64,000 nt of DNA from Candidatus Nomurabacteria bacterium GW2011_GWC2_42_20 (GCA_000998425.1 LCDG01000003.1:1619-65618), one strand, 5' to 3'. Positions 50,719 through 60,263 are shown, counted from the first letter of the stretch. Notes: generated by a model from the letters alone, not told the origin. Program-made: numbers and translations.

Positions 50719-50759
50719 CGGCTTCAAAGGCCGCTGTCCTACCATTAGACGATCTCCCA
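50689..50759 (-). tRNA. tRNA-Gln (UUG)
   Basis: Hand-folded cloverleaf: U1-A72 first pair as in bacterial tRNA-Gln, D-arm GUCU/AAUGGUA/GGAC, anticodon stem GCGGC/GCCGU with loop CUUUGAA, T-arm CUUGG UUCGAUU CCAAG, discriminator G; CCA not encoded. Confidence 0.85.
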
Positions 50760-50800
50760 AAGTTGCATTGTCTTACACAATACATTACCCATGCAACTGT

Positions 50801-51835
50801 TTACGCTCCACATATGCGGAGTAGCGCAATTTCCAAAGCAAGACCAGGCACGACTGCCACACGCACACTTTCGTAGGTTCGCAGGAGCTCTGCCAGCTCT
50901 TTTGATGTTAAGGTTTGAATTGCGTTTTTAGACATGTCTTCAATGAGCGCCATATCCTCTTGAGAAAAATCATCCGCCATTCCTTTGCGCGAGTCGGTAA
51001 CAAAACGAAACATCATTACCGCGCGCATTTTTCTAAGAAGAAGGTCAAGAAAAGTTTTTTCATCTACACCGCGTTCCATAGCAGTTTTTAATGATGTAAG
51101 TCCAGACGAAACATCACGGGCAACAATAGCGCGAAGGAACGAATTTACAAGGCGACTATCAGGCGCGCCTGTCACTTTCTCAACCTCCTCCTGTGAAATC
51201 TTTTTATCAGATGATGATGCGATAACCTTTTGCAAAATGCCAAGCGTATCGCGGAATGAACCATCTCCAAGAAGCGCAATAAGGCCCGCAGATGCTGGCT
51301 CTAATGTGTATCCCTCTTTTTTTGAAACAGTCTCAACGAGAGTTTTTAGTATTGCCTGAGAAGGTTTCTCAAAACGAAAACTCTGGCAACGCGAAACAAT
51401 TGTTTCTGGAATCTTATTTTCATCGGTAGTAGCTAGGATGAACACAACATGGCGTGGCGGTTCCTCAAGTGTTTTCAAGAGCGCAGGAAACGCCTCTCTC
51501 GAGAGCATGTGCGCCTCGTCGATAATGTATACTTTGTACGGAGAATGCATTGGCACCGTATGAACCGCGTCGCGAAGCGCGCGTATGTCGTCAATGCCAC
51601 GATTGGACGCAGCGTCAATTTCGTAAATGTCGTCATCGTGCGACCCTATCGCTCGTGCAAAGATGCGCGCAATAGAAGTCTTGCCAGTACCACGCGAGCC
51701 ACAAAAAAGATACGCATGAGAAATTGAACCTGCTTTAATAGCACCAAGTAGAGCTTTAATCACCTGCTCCTGCCCTATTACCTCTTCAAAAGTTTTTGGG
51801 CGATATTTCGTATACAGTGCGAGATTGGAAGACAT
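50801..51835 (-). CDS. dnaX: DNA polymerase III subunit gamma/tau (short form)
   Basis: YRPKTFEEVIGQE, Walker A GSRGTGKTS, DEAH box; 344 aa, domains I-III only. Confidence 0.85.
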   Translation of the reverse strand: MSSNLALYTKYRPKTFEEVIGQEQVIKALLGAIKAGSISHAYLFCGSRGTGKTSIARIFARAIGSHDDDIYEIDAASNRGIDDIRALRDAVHTVPMHSPYKVYIIDEAHMLSREAFPALLKTLEEPPRHVVFILATTDENKIPETIVSRCQSFRFEKPSQAILKTLVETVSKKEGYTLEPASAGLIALLGDGSFRDTLGILQKVIASSSDKKISQEEVEKVTGAPDSRLVNSFLRAIVARDVSSGLTSLKTAMERGVDEKTFLDLLLRKMRAVMMFRFVTDSRKGMADDFSQEDMALIEDMSKNAIQTLTSKELAELLRTYESVRVAVVPGLALEIALLRICGA

Positions 51836-51904
51836 GGTTGGTAGAATATAGAATATTGAATATAGAATATAGAATTAAATTCAATAATCGTTAGTATATC
51901 ACAA

Positions 51905-51936
51905 AGAAAAAACCCCGCGAAGTGCGGGGTTTCAAT
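51905..51936 (-). terminator. intrinsic terminator (minus strand) upstream of dnaX
   Basis: ccccgcga agt gcgggg hairpin followed on the minus strand by a T-run. Confidence 0.5.
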
Positions 51937-51960
51937 TAGCTTCTTATTCTTACATCTTAC

Positions 51961-52206
51961 CTAATCTTGAACAACGGTCTTATTTTTTACAAATTCCATT
52001 TCGCTCAAAAGATTTCCATGTTTATTTTCGGCACTGAGCAATTCTTGACGGAGAGCATCTCTTTCGATACTCAGTTCAATCCTTTGCATAAGGTATGGAA
52101 GCTCGTCTATTTTTATTTGAACCTGTTTCAACCGTTCGCGTATCGCAGACTCTTCATTTTTTGCAAGGGTGCAGATGGAGCTCAGTTCTCCAATTTCCAT
52201 TTTCAT
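51961..52206 (-). CDS. hypothetical coiled-coil protein
   Basis: 81 aa, heptad-like pattern, terminated by the hairpin above. Confidence 0.3.
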   Translation of the reverse strand: MKMEIGELSSICTLAKNEESAIRERLKQVQIKIDELPYLMQRIELSIERDALRQELLSAENKHGNLLSEMEFVKNKTVVQD

Positions 52207-52269
52207 AACACACCAAACCTTTCCTGTTTAAATGTTAGCAAATAGACTTTCCTAACTAGCAAACACAGT

Positions 52270-52644
52270 TCATGAGTAGTTAAGCAGGGTATTCTCACAA
52301 ATGGATGCGAGGGCAAAGCATTTCTGCAGGAAAGGTGAGTCCGAGATACTTATCCATTCTGGTGGTGTTTGCGAGAAGCTTGCTAGCTTGAACTTCTCGG
52401 CAAAATTAATTATTTCAACACCATCTGTTATTTCCTTGAGAATCGGTGCTGGATAATTATCAAATTCAAATAGACAATATTCTGCATATTCTAGATTGTC
52501 ATATGCAAAAACCCAATGACGCGAATCTGTAGTTTCTGCCGATGGCCGATATGCAAAGAAAATTCTCTTGTGCCCGTTTTCCGCCTTTACTTCAATGATC
52601 AAATTATGGCACTCAAAGTGCCGCACCACTTTCGCGAGAAGCAT
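52270..52644 (-). CDS. hypothetical protein
   Basis: 124-aa ORF, no recognisable domain. Confidence 0.35.
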   Translation of the reverse strand: MLLAKVVRHFECHNLIIEVKAENGHKRIFFAYRPSAETTDSRHWVFAYDNLEYAEYCLFEFDNYPAPILKEITDGVEIINFAEKFKLASFSQTPPEWISISDSPFLQKCFALASICENTLLNYS

Positions 52645-52712
52645 TTTGAGCCACCTTTCTTTTTAAAATTTACCTAATCAAAAAATACCACAACTAGCAG
52701 GTGACGTCAAAA

Positions 52713-53759
52713 CTAAATCGTCTTCAAAAAATCGCGAGCGATGCGCTCCACTTCATCGGCATTTTTTGCATCCATCATGTGTACGCGAAGCTCCTTTGCT
52801 CCGTCAAATCCATGCACGTATGCTTTATAGTGTTTTTTCATGATCGCAAAATTCTTTATGTCACCAAGAAGTTTTTCATAGAGATGCGTATGCTCAATGA
52901 GAATCTCAAATTTTTCTTCTAAGCTCGGAGGTTCTTTACGCATGCGGTCAAAAAGCCATGGAGTTCCAAACATAGCACGACCAAGCATCACACCGTCTGC
53001 TCCAGTTGCATCTACTTTTGATTTTGCATCGGCGAGGTCTTTTACGTCGCCATTACCAATGATTAGCGTACCCGTACCCTCTGCGAGTTTTTTAGCGCGT
53101 GCCACGTAGTCCCATTGCGCTGGAACAAGCGAGAGCTCCTTGCGTGTGCGCGCATGCACAGTGATCACAGCGGGTTTTGTTTCAAGTATTGCGCCGATCC
53201 ATTCCTCTAGACTTTCTTTGTTGTATCCGATACGTGTCTTTACAGACACAGGAAGCCCTCCAGCACCCTCCATTGTTGCTCGAATACATTCCTGAGCGAG
53301 TTTTGGATTTTTAATATGTGCTGCTCCTGCTCCTTGCTTCTCAATACTTTTGTCGGGGCAACCCATATTAATGTCTATACCATCAAAGCCGAGTTCTTTG
53401 ATAAGCTCTGCAGTTTTTTTCATATGCTCTGGGGTAGAACCAAAGATCTGCGCAACAATTGGATGTTCGTTTTTACTAAATGCAAGGTCGCGCTTTAAAA
53501 CCTCACGACCTGCGCTACAAAGACCGTCCGCAGAAACAAACTCTGTCCAAAAAACATCTGGGCCGCCACCTATCTCACCATGACGACTGTATTTTGCAAT
53601 CATCTGGCGGAACGCACAGTCGGTCACATCCGCCATCGGTGCAGACACAAAAAATGGCTTTGGCAATTTCGCCCAAAATCCCATATTTGGCGTCATAGAA
53701 TTATTTTTCACAACCTTACTCATTGCATGCACTCTAGCATACACAAACCAATCTTTCAT
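52713..53759 (-). CDS. dus: tRNA-dihydrouridine synthase
   Basis: FVSAPMADVTDCAFR N-terminal motif and TIM-barrel Cys (NMGCP). The start may be an internal Met. Confidence 0.85.
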   Translation of the reverse strand: MKDWFVYARVHAMSKVVKNNSMTPNMGFWAKLPKPFFVSAPMADVTDCAFRQMIAKYSRHGEIGGGPDVFWTEFVSADGLCSAGREVLKRDLAFSKNEHPIVAQIFGSTPEHMKKTAELIKELGFDGIDINMGCPDKSIEKQGAGAAHIKNPKLAQECIRATMEGAGGLPVSVKTRIGYNKESLEEWIGAILETKPAVITVHARTRKELSLVPAQWDYVARAKKLAEGTGTLIIGNGDVKDLADAKSKVDATGADGVMLGRAMFGTPWLFDRMRKEPPSLEEKFEILIEHTHLYEKLLGDIKNFAIMKKHYKAYVHGFDGAKELRVHMMDAKNADEVERIARDFLKTI

Positions 53760-53793
53760 CTATTGTATGACAGTAGATGATGAAAAGGTAAAC

Positions 53794-54654
53794 TTAATTT
53801 TCAAAACCGAAAATAACCTTGCTCCCAAATCTCATATCTATATAAAGAAGCTTTTTCTTTAAAGCTGTATTCTCTGGGAATTTGGCAGGGATTGATGAGA
53901 GAAGATTTTTTAGCAGATATTCAGGTTGAGAATCTTCCTTGAATCGTATCGTAACCCCATCAAGAAAAGGATGCTCTGCGCTCGTATGAATAGTAATCTC
54001 AAATTCTCCATTTTCCTTAACTAAAATACGAAATGGCCTTCCTATGTTGTCGCGAAGAATCCCAGAAAATTTGTCGGCAAATGCAAAACGATTAGTTGGA
54101 AGCGTGCTTCGCAAGTGCTCACCAATATTTTTTTCCACAAGCTCACTATAAAATTCAATATATATGCCACTTGGGAAAATTGGTGCTTGGTCAAAAACAA
54201 AACCATCCTTGTCTATAAACCAGCAATTCTTGGATTGATCTTTCTCGATATCAAATTGTGCACCACACCAAAGCGCATACGGCTTGCGCTCTGTTGCAAT
54301 GATTCCAATCGTATTATTATCAATGCGTTTTATGTGAACGCTTTCGAGTCTTGGAAATGTTTCTAGGAGAGCTTGCTCAATATCTTTTTTGGGGAACAAA
54401 TAACTATTTCCTCTAGAATATACAAAAAAATAATTACCAGTAAGCTTTTGACGAGCAATGGAGCGTACCATATCTTCTGATACAACATTTGTTTCAGAAA
54501 TTTCTATATTTTCGACTCGCCATTTAGCATTTTGCGATACACCCCCGCCAGCAACAAAAAATAGCAAAAAAAGCACTACAAGAATAAGTGTTTTACTTAA
54601 CCACACCCCAAAATGCTCTCTAATCTTATTAGCAACTGTGTGAAATCTTTCCAT
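53794..54654 (-). CDS. ftsQ: FtsQ/DivIB-like cell division protein (POTRA)
   Basis: Single N-terminal TM then a POTRA-like region (VENIEISETNVVSEDMV). Lies between dus and serS. Confidence 0.5.
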   Translation of the reverse strand: MERFHTVANKIREHFGVWLSKTLILVVLFLLFFVAGGGVSQNAKWRVENIEISETNVVSEDMVRSIARQKLTGNYFFVYSRGNSYLFPKKDIEQALLETFPRLESVHIKRIDNNTIGIIATERKPYALWCGAQFDIEKDQSKNCWFIDKDGFVFDQAPIFPSGIYIEFYSELVEKNIGEHLRSTLPTNRFAFADKFSGILRDNIGRPFRILVKENGEFEITIHTSAEHPFLDGVTIRFKEDSQPEYLLKNLLSSIPAKFPENTALKKKLLYIDMRFGSKVIFGFEN

Positions 54655-54680
54655 AAAAAAGGAACTGTGTGGGGCTCACG

Positions 54681-55946
54681 TTATCCGATTTTTTCTTTAC
54701 CTCCCATATATGGGCGAAGAACCTCTGGAATAATAATGCTTCCGTCCTCCTGTTGGAAATTTTCAACAAGCGGTACGAGGATACGTGGACATGCAATCGC
54801 AGTGTTGTTGAGCGAGTGCGCGAAACGAAGCTTACCTTCGGCATCTCGATAACGAATATTCAAACGACGAGTCTGAAAGTCATGGAAGTATGAAGCCGAG
54901 TGAGTCTCACGATAAGTGTTTTGTGATGGTACCCATGCTTCGATGTCATATTTTTTAACCTGTCCAAGACCAAGGTCCCCACCACAGTTCAACACTACGT
55001 GATACGGAATGCCAAGCTTCTGCATCAGCTTCTCGCTATTCTCCGTGAGATACTCATGGAATTTCACGCTCTCCTCGTGGCTCGCCTCACACAGGATCAC
55101 TTGCTCCCATTTGAAAAATTCATGAACACGAATTAAGCCTTTTGTGTCCTTACTGTGGCTCCCCGCCTCACGTCTAAAACTCGTCGAGAATGAAATATAT
55201 TTTTTAGGAAAATCTGACAATGAGAGTACCTCGTCCATATGGTACCCCATTGTAGCCACCTCAGCAGTGCCTGCGAGAAAATCTCCGTCTTGAGTTTTAT
55301 AAAGATCTTCTTCACCCTGTGGCAAAAAACCAGTGCCAATGAGCGGTGCACGTCGTACAAGTGATGGCACAATCATCGGTTCGAATCCTTCTTTAGAAAG
55401 TTCGTTCAACACAAATTGCGAGAGTGCAAACACAAGCCTTGCTCCATCACCCTTCAAAACATAGCCACGAAAACCAGCGACCTTTGTCCCACGTTCAAAA
55501 TCCGCCATATCGTGTTTTTCAAAAAGCTCAATGTGATCTTTTGGTGTAAATGAAAATGTTGGAATTGTCCCCCATGTTCTTACCTCCACATTGTCAGAGT
55601 CTTCTTTACCATCAGGTACAGACATATCAGGAATATTTGGTACTTGAACCATGAGTCCGTGCCATGTTTTCATAATCTCAGCGAGCTCTTCCTCCTTTTT
55701 TTGCAGGATATCCTTTGCTGATTTTGATTCCGCGATAAGTTTTTCTCGCTCCTCTTGATTTATTGCGCGAGGAACAGCATTTGCAATTTCATTTTGCTTG
55801 CCACGCATTGCCTCAACATCTGCAAGATGAGCTCTGCGTGCATCGTCAACAGTGACGAGCTCTGAAACATCAAATGTGATATTTTTTTTCTGAGCTGCCT
55901 CCTTTACTAATTCTGCGTTCTCGCGAATAAATTTAATGTCTAACAT
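54681..55946 (-). CDS. serS: serine--tRNA ligase
   Basis: Start trimmed to MLDIKFIRENAELVKEAA (canonical SerS N-terminus); class II motifs in the C-terminal catalytic domain. Confidence 0.9.
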   Translation of the reverse strand: MLDIKFIRENAELVKEAAQKKNITFDVSELVTVDDARRAHLADVEAMRGKQNEIANAVPRAINQEEREKLIAESKSAKDILQKKEEELAEIMKTWHGLMVQVPNIPDMSVPDGKEDSDNVEVRTWGTIPTFSFTPKDHIELFEKHDMADFERGTKVAGFRGYVLKGDGARLVFALSQFVLNELSKEGFEPMIVPSLVRRAPLIGTGFLPQGEEDLYKTQDGDFLAGTAEVATMGYHMDEVLSLSDFPKKYISFSTSFRREAGSHSKDTKGLIRVHEFFKWEQVILCEASHEESVKFHEYLTENSEKLMQKLGIPYHVVLNCGGDLGLGQVKKYDIEAWVPSQNTYRETHSASYFHDFQTRRLNIRYRDAEGKLRFAHSLNNTAIACPRILVPLVENFQQEDGSIIIPEVLRPYMGGKEKIG

Positions 55947-55984
55947 ATCCTGAAGTATACCAAACATGATAGAATGAGTAAATA

Positions 55985-56857
55985 ATGAAGGCATCACATT
56001 CATACACCATTGATACGCTCTCACGCGAGGAATTCCCTCCTGCTCTTTTAGAAATCCCTCAGGTGCCAGAAAAACTCTTCGTTGCTGGTGAGCTACCCAA
56101 TCCTTCTGAATACTACTATTTGTCTGTTGTTGGCTCTCGAAAATACACGAGCTATGGGAAGGAGGTGTGTGAGCGAATTATATCTGGGCTCGCTGGATAT
56201 CCTATTTGTATTGTGTCTGGGCTCGCAATGGGTATTGATGGCATTGCACACCGTGCAGCACTCGATGCAGGACTTCGTACAATCGCTGTACCTGGCTCGG
56301 GACTTGATCAGTCTGTCATTTATCCGCGCACACATCTTGGGCTTGCAAAAGAAATTATAGAAAATGGTGGCACTCTTCTTTCTGAATATGAGCCGGACTT
56401 TCGTGCGACACCATGGAGCTTCCCACAGCGCAACAGGATCATGGCAGGACTCTCGCAAGGGGTTCTAATTATAGAGGCCGAGGAAAAATCTGGCACACTT
56501 ATCACCGCGCGCATGGCTCTCGACTACAACAGAAATGTATTTACTGTCCCGGGTCCGATTTTTTCTGCGACCTCAAAAGGGACGAACAATCTTTTGCGAC
56601 AAGGCGCTACGCCTATCACCTCTGCAAAAGATTTGCTTGAGGAGATTGGATTTATAGAGCAACAAACAGGCACCCTAGACCTCACACTTTTCACACCCGA
56701 AGAGCAAGCAATCATCATTTTACTCGACGAGCCTCTTGCGCGCGAAGACATCCTCGCATCACTCGACACTCCGCCAGCACAAACACTTTCAACCCTCACA
56801 GTACTAGAAATCAAAGGCGTGATCCATGAACGTATGGGGAAAATTGAACGAGTATAA
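55985..56857 (+). CDS. dprA: DNA processing protein DprA
   Basis: Rossmann-like DprA core (GLAMGIDGIAHRAALDAG, PGSGLD) and C-terminal winged-helix-like tail. Confidence 0.85.
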   Translation: MKASHSYTIDTLSREEFPPALLEIPQVPEKLFVAGELPNPSEYYYLSVVGSRKYTSYGKEVCERIISGLAGYPICIVSGLAMGIDGIAHRAALDAGLRTIAVPGSGLDQSVIYPRTHLGLAKEIIENGGTLLSEYEPDFRATPWSFPQRNRIMAGLSQGVLIIEAEEKSGTLITARMALDYNRNVFTVPGPIFSATSKGTNNLLRQGATPITSAKDLLEEIGFIEQQTGTLDLTLFTPEEQAIIILLDEPLAREDILASLDTPPAQTLSTLTVLEIKGVIHERMGKIERV

Positions 56858-56962
56858 TTTCAAACTATCAGCCTCTTTTGTTTGACAAAAATATAATATA
56901 GTGCTATGCTTGCTTTAGAATCGTGACATTGTGTTGCGATAAATCCTAAGGAGGATCAAGAG

Positions 56963-57211
56963 ATGGACAGAGACTTTACCGTAATTGCAGTGCTTGTTGT
57001 AATCAGCGCAATTGCCGTGCTGGCAACAAAAGTGTACTTGGGTAACACTGTGGCTGGCATTGTCACAATTGTGGCAACAATTTTTGTCGCTGGCAAATGC
57101 CTTCTTTCATTAATGACAATAACAAAGCAAGAAAAAAATGCATTAGCCAAGAAGAATGGTTCTGAGGATATTTCATTCGCCCCGGTTGGGAGGATGTCTC
57201 AGTTCCCATAG
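56963..57211 (+). CDS. small membrane protein
   Basis: 82 aa, two hydrophobic helices; followed by a strong terminator. Confidence 0.3.
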   Translation: MDRDFTVIAVLVVISAIAVLATKVYLGNTVAGIVTIVATIFVAGKCLLSLMTITKQEKNALAKKNGSEDISFAPVGRMSQFP

Positions 57212-57228
57212 CAGCAAAGTATGAATAA

Positions 57229-57269
57229 TACCCTTTGCAAAACTAGGTTTTGTGAAGGGTATTTTTTTA
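57229..57269 (+). terminator. Rho-independent terminator
   Basis: ataccctt tgcaaaactaggttttgtg aagggtat followed by T7. Confidence 0.55.
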
Positions 57270-57316
57270 CTTTTCAATTTGCAAAATAAATCACTTCATA
57301 GTACTAATGTAATTTA

Positions 57317-59524
57317 ATGGCAACCAAACAATACAAACTCCTCATCGTAGAATCGCCGTCAAAGGCGAAGACTATTGGGAAATATCTTGGGGACGAATAT
57401 GTTGTAAAGGCGAGCGTTGGGCATATTCGCGACCTTCCAAAATCAAACAAGCAAGCTATCGATATCCCCGGGGGCTTTATTCCTTTTTACGAAATCTCAA
57501 AAGGTAAATCCGATGTGGTGCATGAGATTGACTCACTTGCAAAGAAAGCGAGCGAGGTGCTTCTTGCAACCGACCCTGACCGTGAAGGTGAGGCTATCGC
57601 ATGGCACATTGCAGAAGCATGCGGTCTAAAAAAACCAAAGCGTGTCACCTATCACGAGATCACCAAGAGTGCCATAGAGGAAGCCATCGCGCATCCACGC
57701 GAGATTGATGCCAACCTTGTGAAAGCGCAGGAGGCGCGACGCGTTCTAGACAGACTCGTGGGATACGACCTCTCGGGTCTCATTTGGAAAAAAGTTCGCT
57801 ACGGTCTCTCGGCAGGGCGCGTGCAATCCCCCGCTCTCCGCATTATCATGGAGCGCGAGCGTGAAATCCGTGCCTTTATTCCAGAGGCGTATTGGACCCT
57901 CACAGCAAAAGTAAAAACAATGAAAGGCGCCGAGCTTGAGCTTTCATGCACAGAGGAACCCAGTGATGAATCAATCGTAAAAAATATCCTAAAAATAGGT
58001 CGCGCAAATCAGTGGGTTGTGCGTGAGGTAAAAGAAAGCGAGGTGGGCCGTTCACCAAAGGCACCATTCATTACTTCTACACTTCAGCAGGCTGGTTCTT
58101 CACGCTTTGGATTTGCACCGTCACGCACTATGGGTATCGCGCAAAAGCTTTACGAAAAAGGTTTCATTACCTACATGCGTACCGACAGCACAACTCTCTC
58201 TAAAGACGCAACCACCGCGATACTTGCAGAAATTACGAAACGCTATGGCGCACAGTCAGCTGAGGCACGCGTGTATAAAACCAAGAGCAAAAATGCCCAA
58301 GAAGCGCACGAGGCTATACGCCCTACCGACGTGAGTAAGGACAACCTCGGCATCAATCCCGAAGAACAAAAGCTTTACCGTCTCATTTGGGCGCGAACCA
58401 TTGCATCACAAATGGTGGACGCGAAGCTTGCAAGAACAACAATACTCGCTAATGTGCGAGATTTCAGCGTGCCAAACTTTTCTGTCACTGGTTCGCGTGT
58501 CATCACACAAGGATGGCTTGCCGCAGATCCTGACTCTCGTAGTGAGGATGTCGAACTTCCAAAAGTTGCTGAAGGTGAGTCGCTCATTCTACTTTCTCTC
58601 GATGATGAGGCAAAATTTACCGAGCCACCAGGACGCTACTCTGAAGCAGGTCTCGTGAAGGAGCTTGAAAAGCGCGACATCGGTCGTCCTTCTACGTATG
58701 CGTCTATTATTAAAACGATTCAGGATCGTGGCTATGTCATTAAAGATGGTAAAGCACTCAAGCCGACAGACACGGGGGACGTCGTGAGCTCATTCCTCGA
58801 GGAACATTTTGCAAACTATATTTCAGACACCTTCACATCAGAGATGGAGAACAAGCTCGACGATATAGCAAACGGCGAGCGCGAGTATGTAAAAACACTC
58901 AAGGATTTTTATGGTCCATTTTCCAAAGACCTCAAGGCAAAAGACAAGTTAGATAAACAGACGACTCTCGGCGACGCAGACCCACAACACAAATGTCCAA
59001 AATGCAACAGCCCGATGATAATCAAGCTCGCGCGTACGGGGAAGTTTCTCTCGTGTAAAAAATATCCTGACTGCGACGGCGCGCGCATGATAGACGGCAC
59101 CGAGCTTGCCGGCCCGCGCGATACTGGAGAGCTTTGTCCAAAATGTGGAAAATCAAACCTATTTGAACGTGATGGGCGATTTGGAAGATTCATTGCCTGC
59201 GGCAATTATCCAAAATGTAAACATATTAAAAAAGACGAGACTGCCGCGCTCCTCAACCACACGGGTGTCCCCTGCCCAATGTGTAAAAAGGGTTTTATGA
59301 CAGAGCGCAAGGGTCGCTTTGGAATTTTTTATAGTTGTACTGGCTACCCAGACTGCAAAAATGCAATCAAAGCAAGGCCGACAGGCAGAATTTGTGAGTA
59401 TCCAAAAATTGACGGCACCCCTTGCGACTCACTCATGATGGAAGGCACGAAGACAATTCCAGAACGCTGTTCAAATAAATTGTGCCCAAACCATAATCCA
59501 CATAAACTAGAGAAGGTGAGCTAG
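57317..59524 (+). CDS. topA: DNA topoisomerase I
   Basis: Toprim (ESPSKAKTI), catalytic Tyr region, and three C-terminal C4 zinc ribbons. Confidence 0.95.
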   Translation: MATKQYKLLIVESPSKAKTIGKYLGDEYVVKASVGHIRDLPKSNKQAIDIPGGFIPFYEISKGKSDVVHEIDSLAKKASEVLLATDPDREGEAIAWHIAEACGLKKPKRVTYHEITKSAIEEAIAHPREIDANLVKAQEARRVLDRLVGYDLSGLIWKKVRYGLSAGRVQSPALRIIMEREREIRAFIPEAYWTLTAKVKTMKGAELELSCTEEPSDESIVKNILKIGRANQWVVREVKESEVGRSPKAPFITSTLQQAGSSRFGFAPSRTMGIAQKLYEKGFITYMRTDSTTLSKDATTAILAEITKRYGAQSAEARVYKTKSKNAQEAHEAIRPTDVSKDNLGINPEEQKLYRLIWARTIASQMVDAKLARTTILANVRDFSVPNFSVTGSRVITQGWLAADPDSRSEDVELPKVAEGESLILLSLDDEAKFTEPPGRYSEAGLVKELEKRDIGRPSTYASIIKTIQDRGYVIKDGKALKPTDTGDVVSSFLEEHFANYISDTFTSEMENKLDDIANGEREYVKTLKDFYGPFSKDLKAKDKLDKQTTLGDADPQHKCPKCNSPMIIKLARTGKFLSCKKYPDCDGARMIDGTELAGPRDTGELCPKCGKSNLFERDGRFGRFIACGNYPKCKHIKKDETAALLNHTGVPCPMCKKGFMTERKGRFGIFYSCTGYPDCKNAIKARPTGRICEYPKIDGTPCDSLMMEGTKTIPERCSNKLCPNHNPHKLEKVS

Positions 59525-59661
59525 GAAGCATGCTTTGCGTGCGCAAATCGTCTTCGTGGGGCGGAGCTATATCGAGTGAAGCGAGATAATGAGCCGGGGT
59601 CGAGAGTACTTAGTCCGCGCAGTGTGTACACACACGAGCAGACTTAGTAACTCGTAACCAG

Positions 59662-59734
59662 GACAATACCCGAACGTTGCTCAAATAAACTTTGTCCCAA
59701 CCATAACCCGCACAAACTAGAGAAAATTAAGTAG
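59662..59734 (+). repeat. second copy of topA 3' coding end (synonymously diverged)
   Basis: Encodes TIPERCSNKLCPNHNPHKLEKIK*, against topA ...TIPERCSNKLCPNHNPHKLEKVS*. 11 of 11 nucleotide differences in the first 21 codons are synonymous; a stop lies 4 codons upstream in that frame. Confidence 0.7.
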
Positions 59735-59797
59735 ATTGACACATAAATAGAGAAAAGGTAGTCTTCAAAGAGACACATTCACATAGAGGAGATTGTA

Positions 59798-60094
59798 ATG
59801 ATTGAAACACTAGGAGTAATTATTCTGTTTGTATTTATTTACTACATTCTTCCCACTATAATTATATGTGGAGGATATTTGTTGTATAAAATCTGGTCAG
59901 CAAATCCGTATGAAGTCGAGAAGGTTCAGCAAATGAAACACACAGTAAAGCTTGCAAATGCAGGTAATCAAAATGCCATTCTTGCATGCGAAGAAGACTA
60001 TCAAATTAGAAAAAGCATACGCTATGTTGACGGGCAGATCATTGCTCACTACTCAGTCCCATCTTGGATGACTTTGCGTGCCTTCGGTTTCTAA
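59798..60094 (+). CDS. small N-terminally anchored membrane protein (paralog 1)
   Basis: MIE start, one TM helix, motif KLANAGNQNAILAC. Preceded by TTGACAC-N17-TAGTCTT and an AGGAG ribosome-binding site. Confidence 0.45.
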   Translation: MIETLGVIILFVFIYYILPTIIICGGYLLYKIWSANPYEVEKVQQMKHTVKLANAGNQNAILACEEDYQIRKSIRYVDGQIIAHYSVPSWMTLRAFGF

Positions 60095-60105
60095 GCGACA
60101 CCTTC

Positions 60106-60140
60106 GTCCCCATTTGCTCAAGCGCAGATGGGGACATTTT
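60106..60140 (+). terminator. hairpin terminator after small ORF 1
   Basis: gtccccat ttgctcaagcgcag atggggac followed by atttt. Confidence 0.4.
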
Positions 60141-60185
60141 AAATTATAAAAACAAAAGGGATGGCTTCATCATTGCGTATGCGCA

Positions 60186-60263
60186 AAAAAAACAATCCAC
60201 GAGAGGTGTAGTAATAAACTTTGCCCAAACCATAATCCACATAAACTCAATAAACCTGAATAA
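60186..60263 (+). repeat. third copy of topA 3' coding end (heavily synonymously recoded)
   Basis: Encodes KKTIHERCSNKLCPNHNPHKLNKPE*. Differences include CGC->AGG (Arg) and TCA->AGT (Ser) codon-family switches. No ATG precedes it in frame. Confidence 0.7.

Larger units (their letters stand above)
44535..50759. mobile_element. candidate integrated island at tRNA-Gln (about 6.2 kb)
   Basis: A large serine recombinase gene abuts or overlaps the tRNA-Gln 3' end. A 10-nt direct repeat of that end lies 6.15 kb away. The interval is AT-rich and holds non-housekeeping genes. Confidence 0.5.

Noticed and set aside
59525-59658. 135-bp GC-richer spacer between topA and copy B (contains tttgcgtgcgcaaa palindrome); possible sRNA or att site
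   Set aside because: No promoter or T-tract terminator could be identified, and I cannot assign a function beyond being part of the topA-end repeat array.
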